Virus record (IMG/VR): IMGVR_UViG_3300047274_000159
Coordinates: 56,698-76,697 of that record
Source: an uncultured virus (IMG/VR IMGVR_UViG_3300047274_000159)
Taxonomy: Duplodnaviria; Heunggongvirae; Uroviricota; Caudoviricetes
Direction: 5' to 3' (one strand)
DNA length: 20,000 bases
Shown: piece after piece, positions 9,174 to 17,266 of the stretch
Numbering within the stretch: the first letter of the stretch is position 1
Layout: every line of letters begins with the position of its first letter
The notes under the pieces: model-generated
Databases searched by the model: none
The model's input: only the letters and a program-made list of their open reading frames with translations
What the model was told of the DNA's origin: nothing
Program-made: the position numbers and the translations under genes

Positions 9174-9199
9174 AACCCAGATAAATTCTGGGTTTTTTT
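9174..9199 (+). terminator. Rho-independent terminator
   Basis: AACCCAGA-TAAAT-TCTGGGTT followed by a T tract, after the tube gene. Confidence 0.85.
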
Positions 9200-9205
9200 G
9201 TGGCA

Positions 9206-9211
9206 TAAATA
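9206..9211 (+). promoter_or_regulatory. Late-promoter-like TAAATA 5 nt before the ATG at 9217
   Basis: TAAATA-ttaat-ATG immediately after a terminator, with no SD. Confidence 0.7.
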
Positions 9212-9216
9212 TTAAT

Positions 9217-10338
9217 ATGGCAAATGCATTTACCAGATTTTTAAACGGCGGAACCAACGGCGGCAGTGGCGTTAGCGGATTCTTAGGCGGTGTTGTTCAA
9301 GGACTGACTAATCCCAAAGGCGTGGTAGCTGATTGGCGACATGCTTCTCGACTTTTTATTCCTAATTACTATAGACTTGCACCTAGAACCAAATACATGT
9401 TCTATGTGCGATTCGAAATAGAAAAATCTGTTCTGGACTCCACTACTTTCGGTAACAAACACGCAGACGAAATTGGCTATCTTATCAAGAGCACAGATCT
9501 GCCAAAATACAAATTTGAAACCGTAACCAAAAACCAATACAATCGCAAACATGTAATTTATAAGAATTTTGCCTATGAACCCTTAAGCATGGTATTCCGA
9601 GATGACAGCCAAGGAATCATGAATGCCATGTGGGCTATCTATATGGGAACCTATGTACAGGATCGACATAATCCCAATACAGCGTTCAGTAAAACTAATC
9701 TACGTTCAGAAGGCGATCCTAGAACGGCCTTTAGATATGGCCTAGATAAACAAGGCAAGTCCGACGATTTTTTCAAGTCGATCAGCATCTATACGATGAG
9801 CCGTAGGAGATTCCTGGGCTATACATTAGTCAATCCAAAAATTACCAGCTGGCAACATGGCGGTGTAGATTATACAGCGGGCGAATTCAACGAGATGACC
9901 ATGAACGTAGAATACGAATCAGTGGTTTATTCATCGGGCGAAGTTGGTGTCGATAGTCCTAAAGGATTCGCTACCTTATACTATGATCGTGTGCCAAGTC
10001 CTTTAACAGTAGCAGGCGGCGGCGTTAGCAATCTTTTTGGTCAAGGCGGAGTACTTGATGGTATCGAAAGTATCTTCGGTGATGTCGCCGGCGGCTCAGC
10101 ATTTGGTAGTCCAGGTGGCTTCTTAAGCACCGCTATCAAAGCCGTTAACACAGCTAAAAATATCGGTAACCTCAGTAGCGCCAGCATCAAGGGAGAAGTG
10201 GTCAATATTCTCAGCAACCCTACCACTGTCACAGGCATAGTGAACACAGTGGGCGGAGTAGTTGGCGCAGCCTTTCCGAAAAATTCTGGTACGAATACAA
10301 CCACACCCGCCGTACAAAAAAATCTAACAGGAAACTAA
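9217..10338 (+). CDS. Tail-tube-fold paralog; probable baseplate tail-tube initiator/junction (gp54/gp48-like)
   Basis: IKSTDLPKYKFET, YEPLSMVFRDD, YTLVNPKITSW and MTMNVEYE parallel tube-fold motifs. Gly-rich C-terminal region. Adjacent to gp19. Confidence 0.65.
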   Translation: MANAFTRFLNGGTNGGSGVSGFLGGVVQGLTNPKGVVADWRHASRLFIPNYYRLAPRTKYMFYVRFEIEKSVLDSTTFGNKHADEIGYLIKSTDLPKYKFETVTKNQYNRKHVIYKNFAYEPLSMVFRDDSQGIMNAMWAIYMGTYVQDRHNPNTAFSKTNLRSEGDPRTAFRYGLDKQGKSDDFFKSISIYTMSRRRFLGYTLVNPKITSWQHGGVDYTAGEFNEMTMNVEYESVVYSSGEVGVDSPKGFATLYYDRVPSPLTVAGGGVSNLFGQGGVLDGIESIFGDVAGGSAFGSPGGFLSTAIKAVNTAKNIGNLSSASIKGEVVNILSNPTTVTGIVNTVGGVVGAAFPKNSGTNTTTPAVQKNLTGN

Positions 10339-10339
10339 C

Positions 10340-10708
10340 ATGGCGAATAATCTACCTGCAGTCGCGGTACAGGACAGCGGATCTGCTACCAAATTATTTT
10401 TCGATACCTACGGAAAATCTCCTTTAGAATTCGCTGCCAACGAAGTAACCGCAGCCATAGGATTCTTTGAGGCTAGAGGATTTGATCAAGATGCTGCCAG
10501 CTCAGTGGCTTCTGTGCTACTCAAGCAAGCCAAACTAGACGGTGTTCCTGTATTCAAAATATTAGACACATTAAAAGGTTTCGATAGTGTGCAGATCAGT
10601 GCCTTGGTAGGAGAAATTCTCAACAACAATCGTGGCGTTGGTAGTACTCTGGGATTTCGAGTATCTAACGTCGACAAGCAAAATCAAACAAGGAACATAG
10701 CTGCCTAA
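10340..10708 (+). CDS. Hypothetical protein, 122 aa, probably virion-associated
   Basis: Tightly packed ORF with AGGA upstream and a TAATG overlap with the next gene. Confidence 0.7.
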   Translation: MANNLPAVAVQDSGSATKLFFDTYGKSPLEFAANEVTAAIGFFEARGFDQDAASSVASVLLKQAKLDGVPVFKILDTLKGFDSVQISALVGEILNNNRGVGSTLGFRVSNVDKQNQTRNIAA

Positions 10709-11148
10709 TGCCTAGATTTGCCCAGGGAAGATTTGAAATGAAGAACCCTGACAAATACGTAGGGAAGAAAACACCATTGGCTCGTAGTTCTTGGGAATTC
10801 GTATTCATGCGTATGTTAGATGAGCATCCTGGGGTACAGAATTGGGCCAGCGAAAGCATACAGATACCCTATAGAGATCCACTTACAGGCAAGTATACCA
10901 TATACGTTCCTGATTTTTTTATCGTCTACAAAGACAAGAACGGCAGTAAACATGCAGAAGTAGTAGAAGTAAAACCTCAAAGCCAGACCCTAAGAGAGCA
11001 CGTGGGCAAGAGCGCATACAATCAAGAACAATATATTAAAAATCTCGCCAAGTGGGAAGCTGCTACTGCATGGTGTAAGCAGCAGAATATACGCTTTAGA
11101 GTGATCAACGAAGGCGATATTTTCCATCAAGGCTCAAAACGCAGATAA
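10708..11148 (+). CDS. gp4: T4 gp4-like head completion nuclease (TnsA-like PD-(D/E)xK)
   Basis: KNPDKYVG, RSSWE, WASESIQIPY, YVPDFFI, VEVKP and KWEAATAWC. Confidence 0.88.
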   Translation: MPRFAQGRFEMKNPDKYVGKKTPLARSSWEFVFMRMLDEHPGVQNWASESIQIPYRDPLTGKYTIYVPDFFIVYKDKNGSKHAEVVEVKPQSQTLREHVGKSAYNQEQYIKNLAKWEAATAWCKQQNIRFRVINEGDIFHQGSKRR

Positions 11149-11151
11149 GTA
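11146..11151 (+). promoter_or_regulatory. Late-promoter-like variant TAAGTA 4 nt before the ATG at 11156
   Basis: TAAGTA-cagt-ATG. The TAA doubles as the gp4 stop. Confidence 0.45.
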
Positions 11152-11155
11152 CAGT

Positions 11156-11641
11156 ATGACTAAAAAGCTAGAAGAATTATTTAATTTAGAAGATTCTAAA
11201 CCCGATGCTGTTCAGGTAGAAGAAGTTAAGATCAAAGAGCACGAAGAAGTAAAAAGCCTTGATCAAAGCTATGCGGCTGTAGCTAAGATCACCCAAGATC
11301 TGCCTGCGATAAAAGAGCTAGATACGCTAGACGAACAAGAGCTAGATGCACTTTCTAAGAAAGCAGAAGATGCCTACGACGATCTAATGGATCTTGGCAT
11401 GAATGTTGAAGTTCGTTATGCAGGTAGGATATTTGAAGTAGCGGGTACAATGATGAAAAACGCCATTGATGCCAAAGCTGCCAAAATTGATAGAAAACTC
11501 AAGGCTGTGGATCTACAGCTGAAAAAATACAAGATAGACAAAGACAACAACGAAGACTCAAACGATAATATCATAAACGGGCAAGGTTATGTGATCAGCG
11601 ATCGTAACGAGCTGCTTAAAAAATTAAGCAAAAAGGAATAA
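11156..11641 (+). CDS. gp16: Probable terminase small subunit (gp16-like)
   Basis: Helical protein with RIFEVAGTMMKNA (compare gp16-family PRxYEVAxxL) and C-terminal VISDRNELLKKL. Size and proximity to gp17 fit. Confidence 0.6.
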   Translation: MTKKLEELFNLEDSKPDAVQVEEVKIKEHEEVKSLDQSYAAVAKITQDLPAIKELDTLDEQELDALSKKAEDAYDDLMDLGMNVEVRYAGRIFEVAGTMMKNAIDAKAAKIDRKLKAVDLQLKKYKIDKDNNEDSNDNIINGQGYVISDRNELLKKLSKKE

Positions 11642-11644
11642 ATA
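11639..11644 (+). promoter_or_regulatory. Late-promoter-like TAAATA 5 nt before the ATG at 11650
   Basis: TAAATA-ctact-ATG. The TAA doubles as the upstream stop. Confidence 0.6.
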
Positions 11645-11649
11645 CTACT

Positions 11650-12162
11650 ATGAAAACTTTTAAACAATACCTTGCTGAAAGCCAGAAAACCTACAGCTTT
11701 AAAATCAAAGTTGCGGGCGAATTACCTGAATCTTTCACTGACAGCCTAAAGTCTAGCCTAGAACGTTGCAAAGTATCAAAACTAAGCAAAATTAATTCTA
11801 CACCTATACAGGCTCAACCCATGGATTTTCCTAGTCTTAAAAACTGTGAAGTACACATGTTTGAAGTAGTCTGCGAATATCCGATCACTGTGCCCGAATT
11901 AGCCAACGACATGAAATCAGTTGGTATTGACGAAAGCTGTTTTAAGATCCGCGGCAGCAACGAGCCCGATCTAGAAGAAGATACTGTACAAGATGCTAAT
12001 GTCAAGCACAAAGATTATTTCGGTGATGATTTTAACAAGGGATTTTTAAAAGATTTAGACAAGGCCGCCAAGCAAAGAAAGAAAGACGGTGTGCAGACAG
12101 AATACAAGCTGCCTAAGGCCAAAACAGATAAAGCAGGTGCTAAAAGCGCCTTAGGGAGTTAA
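11650..12162 (+). CDS. Hypothetical protein; putative head-internal protein with a capsid-targeting-like N-terminus
   Basis: Begins MKTFKQYLAE, similar to the T4 internal-protein capsid targeting sequence MKTYQEFIAE. Confidence 0.6.
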   Translation: MKTFKQYLAESQKTYSFKIKVAGELPESFTDSLKSSLERCKVSKLSKINSTPIQAQPMDFPSLKNCEVHMFEVVCEYPITVPELANDMKSVGIDESCFKIRGSNEPDLEEDTVQDANVKHKDYFGDDFNKGFLKDLDKAAKQRKKDGVQTEYKLPKAKTDKAGAKSALGS

Positions 12163-12166
12163 TTAA

Positions 12167-12826
12167 ATGGATTTTCAACAATTATTAGCAAAGATGCAGC
12201 AGCTGGATCAACCAGTAGGAGAAGAATGCGGCATGCCTCCTCCAAGCATGAGTCCGATGGCAGCGCAACCTCCTATGGATCAACCTCCTCCTGCACATCC
12301 TAGCCTAAGCATTAATCTAAATGCTCAAGGTATGGATCATATCGAACAGATAATGAAACTAGTGGCCAAGGTCAACCCTGATATGAATAAGCCTGATCTA
12401 CCGCCTTTGCCTACTATGGGTGCAGAGCCTAGCATTATGAGCATCAAACCTAGCATGCCACCATTGAAGATGTTACCGGATCTAAGCGATGAGCCACATG
12501 ACGAGCCGGATGGCGATGAAGGTCCAGAAATCAAAGGCCTAGATCGTGACGGCGATGGCGATCATGACATGGGAGACCATGACATGGAAAAGAAAAAAGA
12601 CAAAGACGAAGCATTTGGAAACACACCCGCTGACGGTGCTGAGCCAGAACTCAAAGGTTTAGATGCAGCTATTCCAGACGGTAACGATCTAAATAAACCT
12701 AAGAAGAGTTACAGTGATAAGCCTTATAGAGGTGACAATCCAATGGCTACAGAATCTACTAGTCTTCGAGCACAGATTCGTGCAGATCTAATGAGAAGAT
12801 TAACCGAAGCTAAAGGAGCGAAATAA
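12167..12826 (+). CDS. Hypothetical Pro/Met/Asp-rich, largely disordered protein; possible prohead core component
   Basis: SD GGAG upstream, amphipathic helices at both ends, low-complexity middle with a DRDGDGD motif. Confidence 0.6.
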   Translation: MDFQQLLAKMQQLDQPVGEECGMPPPSMSPMAAQPPMDQPPPAHPSLSINLNAQGMDHIEQIMKLVAKVNPDMNKPDLPPLPTMGAEPSIMSIKPSMPPLKMLPDLSDEPHDEPDGDEGPEIKGLDRDGDGDHDMGDHDMEKKKDKDEAFGNTPADGAEPELKGLDAAIPDGNDLNKPKKSYSDKPYRGDNPMATESTSLRAQIRADLMRRLTEAKGAK

Positions 12827-13182
12827 TGGGAGCTTTTACCAGAGTAAATGGTCTACGCAACACTGTCGGTACCTTGTACATGGACAACTGCAATATGTTT
12901 GTTATCCAAGTGCAGAACGCAGCTAACTCTAACAGAGATCTACGTGCAGAAGATGATGCAGTAGACGAAGCAGTAGAATACATTGTCAAAGAATTAAATC
13001 CATTGGCATTTTTTGTAGTCGATGCTGGAACTGGTCTTATCTATGTGGTAATGGATAAAAATATTAGTAGTGCCAGCGAATTACAGACAAGAATCCGTAA
13101 CATGGGCACAGCAGTGGGTGTGAACAGTATCGATGTTACAGGTACAGACGTAACTCTAGCTACATCGTTAACATTGTCATAA
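12826..13182 (+). CDS. Hypothetical 118-aa protein, likely small structural/decoration protein
   Basis: SD AAGGAG, TAATG overlap with the upstream gene, Thr/Val/Ala/Asn-rich composition, followed by a terminator. Confidence 0.6.
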   Translation: MGAFTRVNGLRNTVGTLYMDNCNMFVIQVQNAANSNRDLRAEDDAVDEAVEYIVKELNPLAFFVVDAGTGLIYVVMDKNISSASELQTRIRNMGTAVGVNSIDVTGTDVTLATSLTLS

Positions 13183-13196
13183 TCGAGTAAAATACC

Positions 13197-13224
13197 AAAT
13201 AGGGCCGTAAGGCCCTATTTTTTT
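13197..13224 (+). terminator. Rho-independent terminator with GNRA loop
   Basis: AAATAGGGCC-GTAA-GGCCCTATTT-TTTT. Confidence 0.92.
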
Positions 13225-13227
13225 CAT

Positions 13228-13233
13228 TAAATA
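13228..13233 (+). promoter_or_regulatory. Late-promoter-like TAAATA 5 nt before the terminase ATG
   Basis: TAAATA-tagtt-ATG immediately after a terminator, with no SD. Confidence 0.7.
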
Positions 13234-13238
13234 TAGTT

Positions 13239-14825
13239 ATGGCAAAATCATTAGATGGCGTCCTGATCAAAAAGGCGCATAAAAAAGATCGATACACACT
13301 TGAAGAAATCGAGCATTTGGAAAAATGTTTGGACCCTGTTGACGGTCCTCTTTATTTCTGTAAGAACTTTTTAAAAATACAACACCCTACACGTGGCGCT
13401 ATTAAATTTGAACCCTACGAATATCAAGAAAGATTATTACAGGCCTATCACGACAATAAACAGACCATTGCCATGTTACCTCGCCAGATGGGCAAAACTA
13501 CCTGTGCCACAGGCTATCTATTGTGGTATACCATGTTTGTTCCAGAAGCACAGGTATTGATCGCTGCTCACAAATACGAAGGTGCACAGGATATCATGAA
13601 CCGTTATCGTTATGGTTATGAAAATTTACCAGACTTTATTCGTGCAGGTGTACACAGCTATAACAGAAATACCATTGAATACGATAATGGGTCTCGTATA
13701 CAGGCTACTACAACCACAGAAAACACCGGTCGTGGTAAATCTCTTTCTTTAATCTACTGCGACGAGTTTGCGTTTGTGCAACCCCCAGAGAAAGCCAAAG
13801 AGTTCTGGACTGCCCTATCGCCTACACTGTCCACAGGTGGTAAGTGTATTATCACATCCACACCAAACTCGGACGAAGATCAATTCGCTATGATCTGGAC
13901 TGAGGCTAACAACAAGTTTGACGAGTACGGTAACGAACAATCTCTTGGTGTTAATGGGTTCTTCCCCTATTTCGCACACTGGAATGAACATCCGGACCGA
14001 GATGAAAATTGGGCCAAGGTCGAACGTGCTAAGATCGGTGACGAAAGATTCCGTAGAGAATTTGACTGTGAATTCTTGATCTTTGATGAAACCCTAATCA
14101 ATGCAGTAAAACTTGCCGACATGAAGGGCATTGACCCGATCATGACCATGGGTCAAACACGTTGGTATAAAGACATCGATCCGAGAGCTACATATCTAGT
14201 AGCTCTAGATCCTAGTCTAGGCACAGGCGGAGATTACGCAGCGATTCAAGTATTTGAAATGCCCACTATGGAACAGGTCGCAGAGTGGAGGCACAATCTA
14301 ACTCCAGTACAGACACAAACCAAACATCTCAGAGACATCTGTAATTACATTAAAACCACAGGCGAAGAAAAAGGTGGTCACCCGCAGATCTATTATTCTG
14401 TGGAAAACAATACAGTAGGTGAAAGTGCATTGATCTGCATACAGAACCTAGGAGAAGAAAATATTCCTGGTCTTTTCTTATCAGAGCCTATACGTAAAGG
14501 GCATGTGCGTAGATTCCGCAAAGGATTTAACACCACACACAAGTCTAAGATTTTAGCCTGTAGTCAACTCAAACACTTACTTGAAACTAAAAAAATGTCC
14601 ATTTACAGTAAACCTCTAGTATCTGAGCTCAAGACCTTTGTGGCTACAGGTGTGGGTTTTAATGCTAAAAAGGGCGAACACGACGATCTAGTTGCCGCAG
14701 TCCTGCTGATCATGCGCATGGCCAACATTCTCAGCGACTGGGATCCTAAGATCTATGAAAAAATGACGGATAAACTCACGGAAGATCAGCTGCCCATGCC
14801 CATATTCGTCAGCAGCGGTTTTTGA
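13239..14825 (+). CDS. gp17: Terminase large subunit (T4 gp17-like)
   Basis: YEYQ adenine motif, Walker A PRQMGKTT, Walker B LIYCDEFAF, coupling motif TSTPN, nuclease motifs ALDPSLG and HDDLV. Confidence 0.95.
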   Translation: MAKSLDGVLIKKAHKKDRYTLEEIEHLEKCLDPVDGPLYFCKNFLKIQHPTRGAIKFEPYEYQERLLQAYHDNKQTIAMLPRQMGKTTCATGYLLWYTMFVPEAQVLIAAHKYEGAQDIMNRYRYGYENLPDFIRAGVHSYNRNTIEYDNGSRIQATTTTENTGRGKSLSLIYCDEFAFVQPPEKAKEFWTALSPTLSTGGKCIITSTPNSDEDQFAMIWTEANNKFDEYGNEQSLGVNGFFPYFAHWNEHPDRDENWAKVERAKIGDERFRREFDCEFLIFDETLINAVKLADMKGIDPIMTMGQTRWYKDIDPRATYLVALDPSLGTGGDYAAIQVFEMPTMEQVAEWRHNLTPVQTQTKHLRDICNYIKTTGEEKGGHPQIYYSVENNTVGESALICIQNLGEENIPGLFLSEPIRKGHVRRFRKGFNTTHKSKILACSQLKHLLETKKMSIYSKPLVSELKTFVATGVGFNAKKGEHDDLVAAVLLIMRMANILSDWDPKIYEKMTDKLTEDQLPMPIFVSSGF

Positions 14826-14826
14826 A

Positions 14827-14832
14827 TAAATA
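14827..14832 (+). promoter_or_regulatory. Late-promoter-like TAAATA 5 nt before the ATG at 14838
   Basis: TAAATA-caact-ATG, with no SD. Confidence 0.7.
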
Positions 14833-14837
14833 CAACT

Positions 14838-16718
14838 ATGGACGCAACAAACAACATTGCCACAGATTTATTTTATAAAGTTAGAAGCAGATTTCAGGGC
14901 CTAAAACTAGGCGACGCGATGGGTCAAATCACCATCAATCCTGAAGAGGCTCGCTTCTTTGACTTTGACTATATGGAAGGCGAGACCCCTATAGGGCACG
15001 TCAGCATCAGTCTTGCAGAACCAAATTCTATGAAAGTTTACTTCAGTACAGGCATTACTGAAAGCATGGATGGAAATCAAAAGACAAATTGGTACGGATT
15101 TTTAAAAGAGCTACGTCAGTTTGCCAAGAGAAGATTGATGAGTTTCGACACGAGAGACATCGCAAAAGATAATTTAGACAAGAGAGACTACGCTTTTTTG
15201 AGCCAACATAATCAACCTCAGAAACCGCAGGCTAATACTCTAGTAAAACCAGTTGGAGAAAATAAAATGAACGTCAGCGAAAGCACGATGTATGGTAGCA
15301 GCACTATGAGCTATCAAAAATTGATGGACACAAGATTGATTATCAAACACAGCAAGGCTCTCACAGACGACAGCCAACCTGGTGCCAGAACTAGAAATAT
15401 TTCTGCGCTGTTCGTGGAAAATCAAGACGGTGAAAGATTTAAGTATCCTTTCATTCATCTAGCAGGTGCTCGTGCCATGCAGCGACATGTGGCCAACGGC
15501 GGTGTTCCTTATGACGAAATTGGCAAGAGCATCATCCGTATGAGCGAAGAGATCGCTGCACTAAAGAGCTTCGGTAATTATGTAGTTCGTAATGATTTGA
15601 TGAACACAGAAAACAATAACATAGTCGAAAGAAGTTCACACTATCTAGACAGCCTAAGAGAACAAATCAAGGCATTGGCTAAACAAGGTCACTATGAAGC
15701 ATACAAAGAAAATTTCCAGGCAGAAGAACAAACAGAAGTTCCTGATGAAATAGTAAATCAGTATACAGAACAATTTACAGTAAAGAATTTTAAAGAAGAT
15801 ATCAAATCAGTTTTTCCAGTTCTATTCCGTTTAATGCAGGAAGACAATACCATAGGCTATGACGACATAGTCGCGATGACCACTAACGAAGATGTCAACG
15901 ATGAGATTGAAATAGACGAATCTGACGATCCTTTTGAAAAATTTGAATCTTGGATCATGCGTCTAGGAGAAGAATCGGCTATCGCCAGCGATGACAGCGA
16001 AGAGCAAGCACAGGCAGTTAAAAAATTACAAGAATTAGTCGGACAACATTTTCCTGCTGGTGTAGACGGTACCAACGCTATCGAAAGTCTCAAAGGCATC
16101 ATTGACGATCCTGCATTGTTCAAACAGATCAAAGAGCAAAGCAAGGAAGATCCTGATAGCTGTGTAAGAGGTCTTGTCAAAGACTGGTTAGAAAATAATG
16201 CTCCGGAAGTTGTAGATCAATTAGACTTTGGTGACTTTGTCGAAGAGCCAGCAGATGATGCTGCACAGACAGACGATGCAGCCGTGGCTGATACCGGTGA
16301 AGAGCCTGTAGAAGCCAGCGATCCAAAGCATCCAGAATATGACAAGGCAGATGACTACGATCTACCACCTAGCGCCAGAGGTAAAGGCACAGACAAATAT
16401 CGTTTACCTGATACAAAAAAACATGACGATAGATATAAAAGAGATTTTCAAAAACGTGCAGGAACTTATAAGGGTGAAGGCAGCGAACAATTAGATGTTC
16501 AAGAATTAGCCGAATTTATCACATCGTTTTACGATAGAGATTCGAACAGTTTTCCCAAAGGTCCAGAAGGCGTTTGCACAATGGTAGGCAAAAAGTTTGG
16601 TGAACAGGCAGAACACGTTGCAAGAAAATTTGTAGAGCGTATGGCACCACAACAGACCACAGAACAAAATCCAGAATTGGCAGAATTGGCTCGTATCAAA
16701 GAATTGGCTAAGATCTAA
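14838..16718 (+). CDS. Hypothetical acidic 626-aa late protein, probably head-associated
   Basis: Long ORF under the late motif, with acidic linkers and a C-terminal amphipathic helix ELAELARIKELAKI. No family recognised. Confidence 0.7.
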   Translation: MDATNNIATDLFYKVRSRFQGLKLGDAMGQITINPEEARFFDFDYMEGETPIGHVSISLAEPNSMKVYFSTGITESMDGNQKTNWYGFLKELRQFAKRRLMSFDTRDIAKDNLDKRDYAFLSQHNQPQKPQANTLVKPVGENKMNVSESTMYGSSTMSYQKLMDTRLIIKHSKALTDDSQPGARTRNISALFVENQDGERFKYPFIHLAGARAMQRHVANGGVPYDEIGKSIIRMSEEIAALKSFGNYVVRNDLMNTENNNIVERSSHYLDSLREQIKALAKQGHYEAYKENFQAEEQTEVPDEIVNQYTEQFTVKNFKEDIKSVFPVLFRLMQEDNTIGYDDIVAMTTNEDVNDEIEIDESDDPFEKFESWIMRLGEESAIASDDSEEQAQAVKKLQELVGQHFPAGVDGTNAIESLKGIIDDPALFKQIKEQSKEDPDSCVRGLVKDWLENNAPEVVDQLDFGDFVEEPADDAAQTDDAAVADTGEEPVEASDPKHPEYDKADDYDLPPSARGKGTDKYRLPDTKKHDDRYKRDFQKRAGTYKGEGSEQLDVQELAEFITSFYDRDSNSFPKGPEGVCTMVGKKFGEQAEHVARKFVERMAPQQTTEQNPELAELARIKELAKI

Positions 16719-16733
16719 AAAATTTATATTCAA

Positions 16734-16762
16734 AAGAAAAAGGCACTTTGGTGCCTTTTCTT
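16734..16762 (+). terminator. Rho-independent terminator, possibly bidirectional
   Basis: AAAAGGCAC-TTTG-GTGCCTTTT, with A-rich and T-rich flanks. Confidence 0.85.
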
Positions 16763-16783
16763 ATATGCATCTAGCCAAATATA

Positions 16784-16816
16784 TCAACTATCCGTGGGGC
16801 TAAGGCGTTATATACT
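16784..16816 (+). promoter_or_regulatory. Candidate ECF-sigma-type promoter (AAC-N17-CGTT); alternatively an orphan -10 TATACT
   Basis: AAC at 16786-16788, 17-nt spacer, CGTT at 16806-16809. TATACT at 16811-16816 has no sigma70 -35. Confidence 0.35.
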
Positions 16817-16863
16817 TACGCAGAGCAATTTTTCGCTCTCGTTAACTCAAAAGGAGATTTCAT

Positions 16864-17070
16864 ATGAAATCAGTACTAGCTCTAGTAGCAACATTGTTCG
16901 CAGTATCCGCCTTTGCACAAGCACCTGCAAAGAAAGAAGAAAAGAAAGTAGAAGCCAAGCCTGCAGCCGCAGCCGCAGCCGCAGCACCAGCATCAGCAGC
17001 TAAACCCGCTGAAAAGAAAGCTGAGCCTGCAAAAAGCGAAGTCAAAAAAACCGAGCCTACTAAGAAGTAA
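16864..17070 (+). CDS. Small exported Lys/Ala/Pro/Glu-rich disordered protein with Sec signal peptide
   Basis: SD AAGGAG. MKSVLALVATLFAVSAFA is a signal peptide with an A-F-A cleavage site. The mature part is about 50 aa of low-complexity sequence. Confidence 0.85.
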   Translation: MKSVLALVATLFAVSAFAQAPAKKEEKKVEAKPAAAAAAAAPASAAKPAEKKAEPAKSEVKKTEPTKK

Positions 17071-17266
17071 TCCACATCGAGTTATTGTTCTAAGTCTCGA
17101 CGACTGTGATATCGAACTGGTATTTGACGATGCCGTGCATCGAGGTTATAGTAGACCAGAATTAGAACAATTCGATGAGGAAGACGATCTCCCCGAGTAT
17201 GTACGATGGAGATTATTCTTAGCTAGACAATTAGCTTTGATAAGATACAGAGAAATCCACGGTTAA
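17048..17266 (+). CDS. Unannotated small ORF in the +1 frame relative to the 68-aa gene; start unresolved (frameshift, or GTG at 17135)
   Basis: Frame is open 16952-17266 with no ATG. It reads ...PHRVIVLSLDDCDIELVFDDAVHRGYSRPELEQFDEEDDLPEYVRWRLFLARQLALIRYREIHG*. The stop sits inside the downstream terminator hairpin. Confidence 0.5.
   Translation, partial: KPSLLRSNPHRVIVLSLDDCDIELVFDDAVHRGYSRPELEQFDEEDDLPEYVRWRLFLARQLALIRYREIHG

Noticed and set aside
10708..11148. TnsA-like nuclease as a sign of a transposon
   Set aside because: It matches gp4 head completion protein in a structural operon. No transposase or terminal repeats are present.
13239..14825. Intron or intein in terminase (also checked UvsX)
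   Set aside because: ORFs are continuous and of normal length, with no intein or LAGLIDADG motifs seen.
16963..17000. GCAGCC tandem repeats
   Set aside because: These simply encode the poly-Ala tract. There is no spacer structure, so not a CRISPR or independent repeat.
16794..17075. Alternative ORFs 16794-17003 (+) and 16860-17075 (-)
   Set aside because: Out-of-frame and antisense shadows of the low-complexity 68-aa gene, which has the SD and signal peptide.
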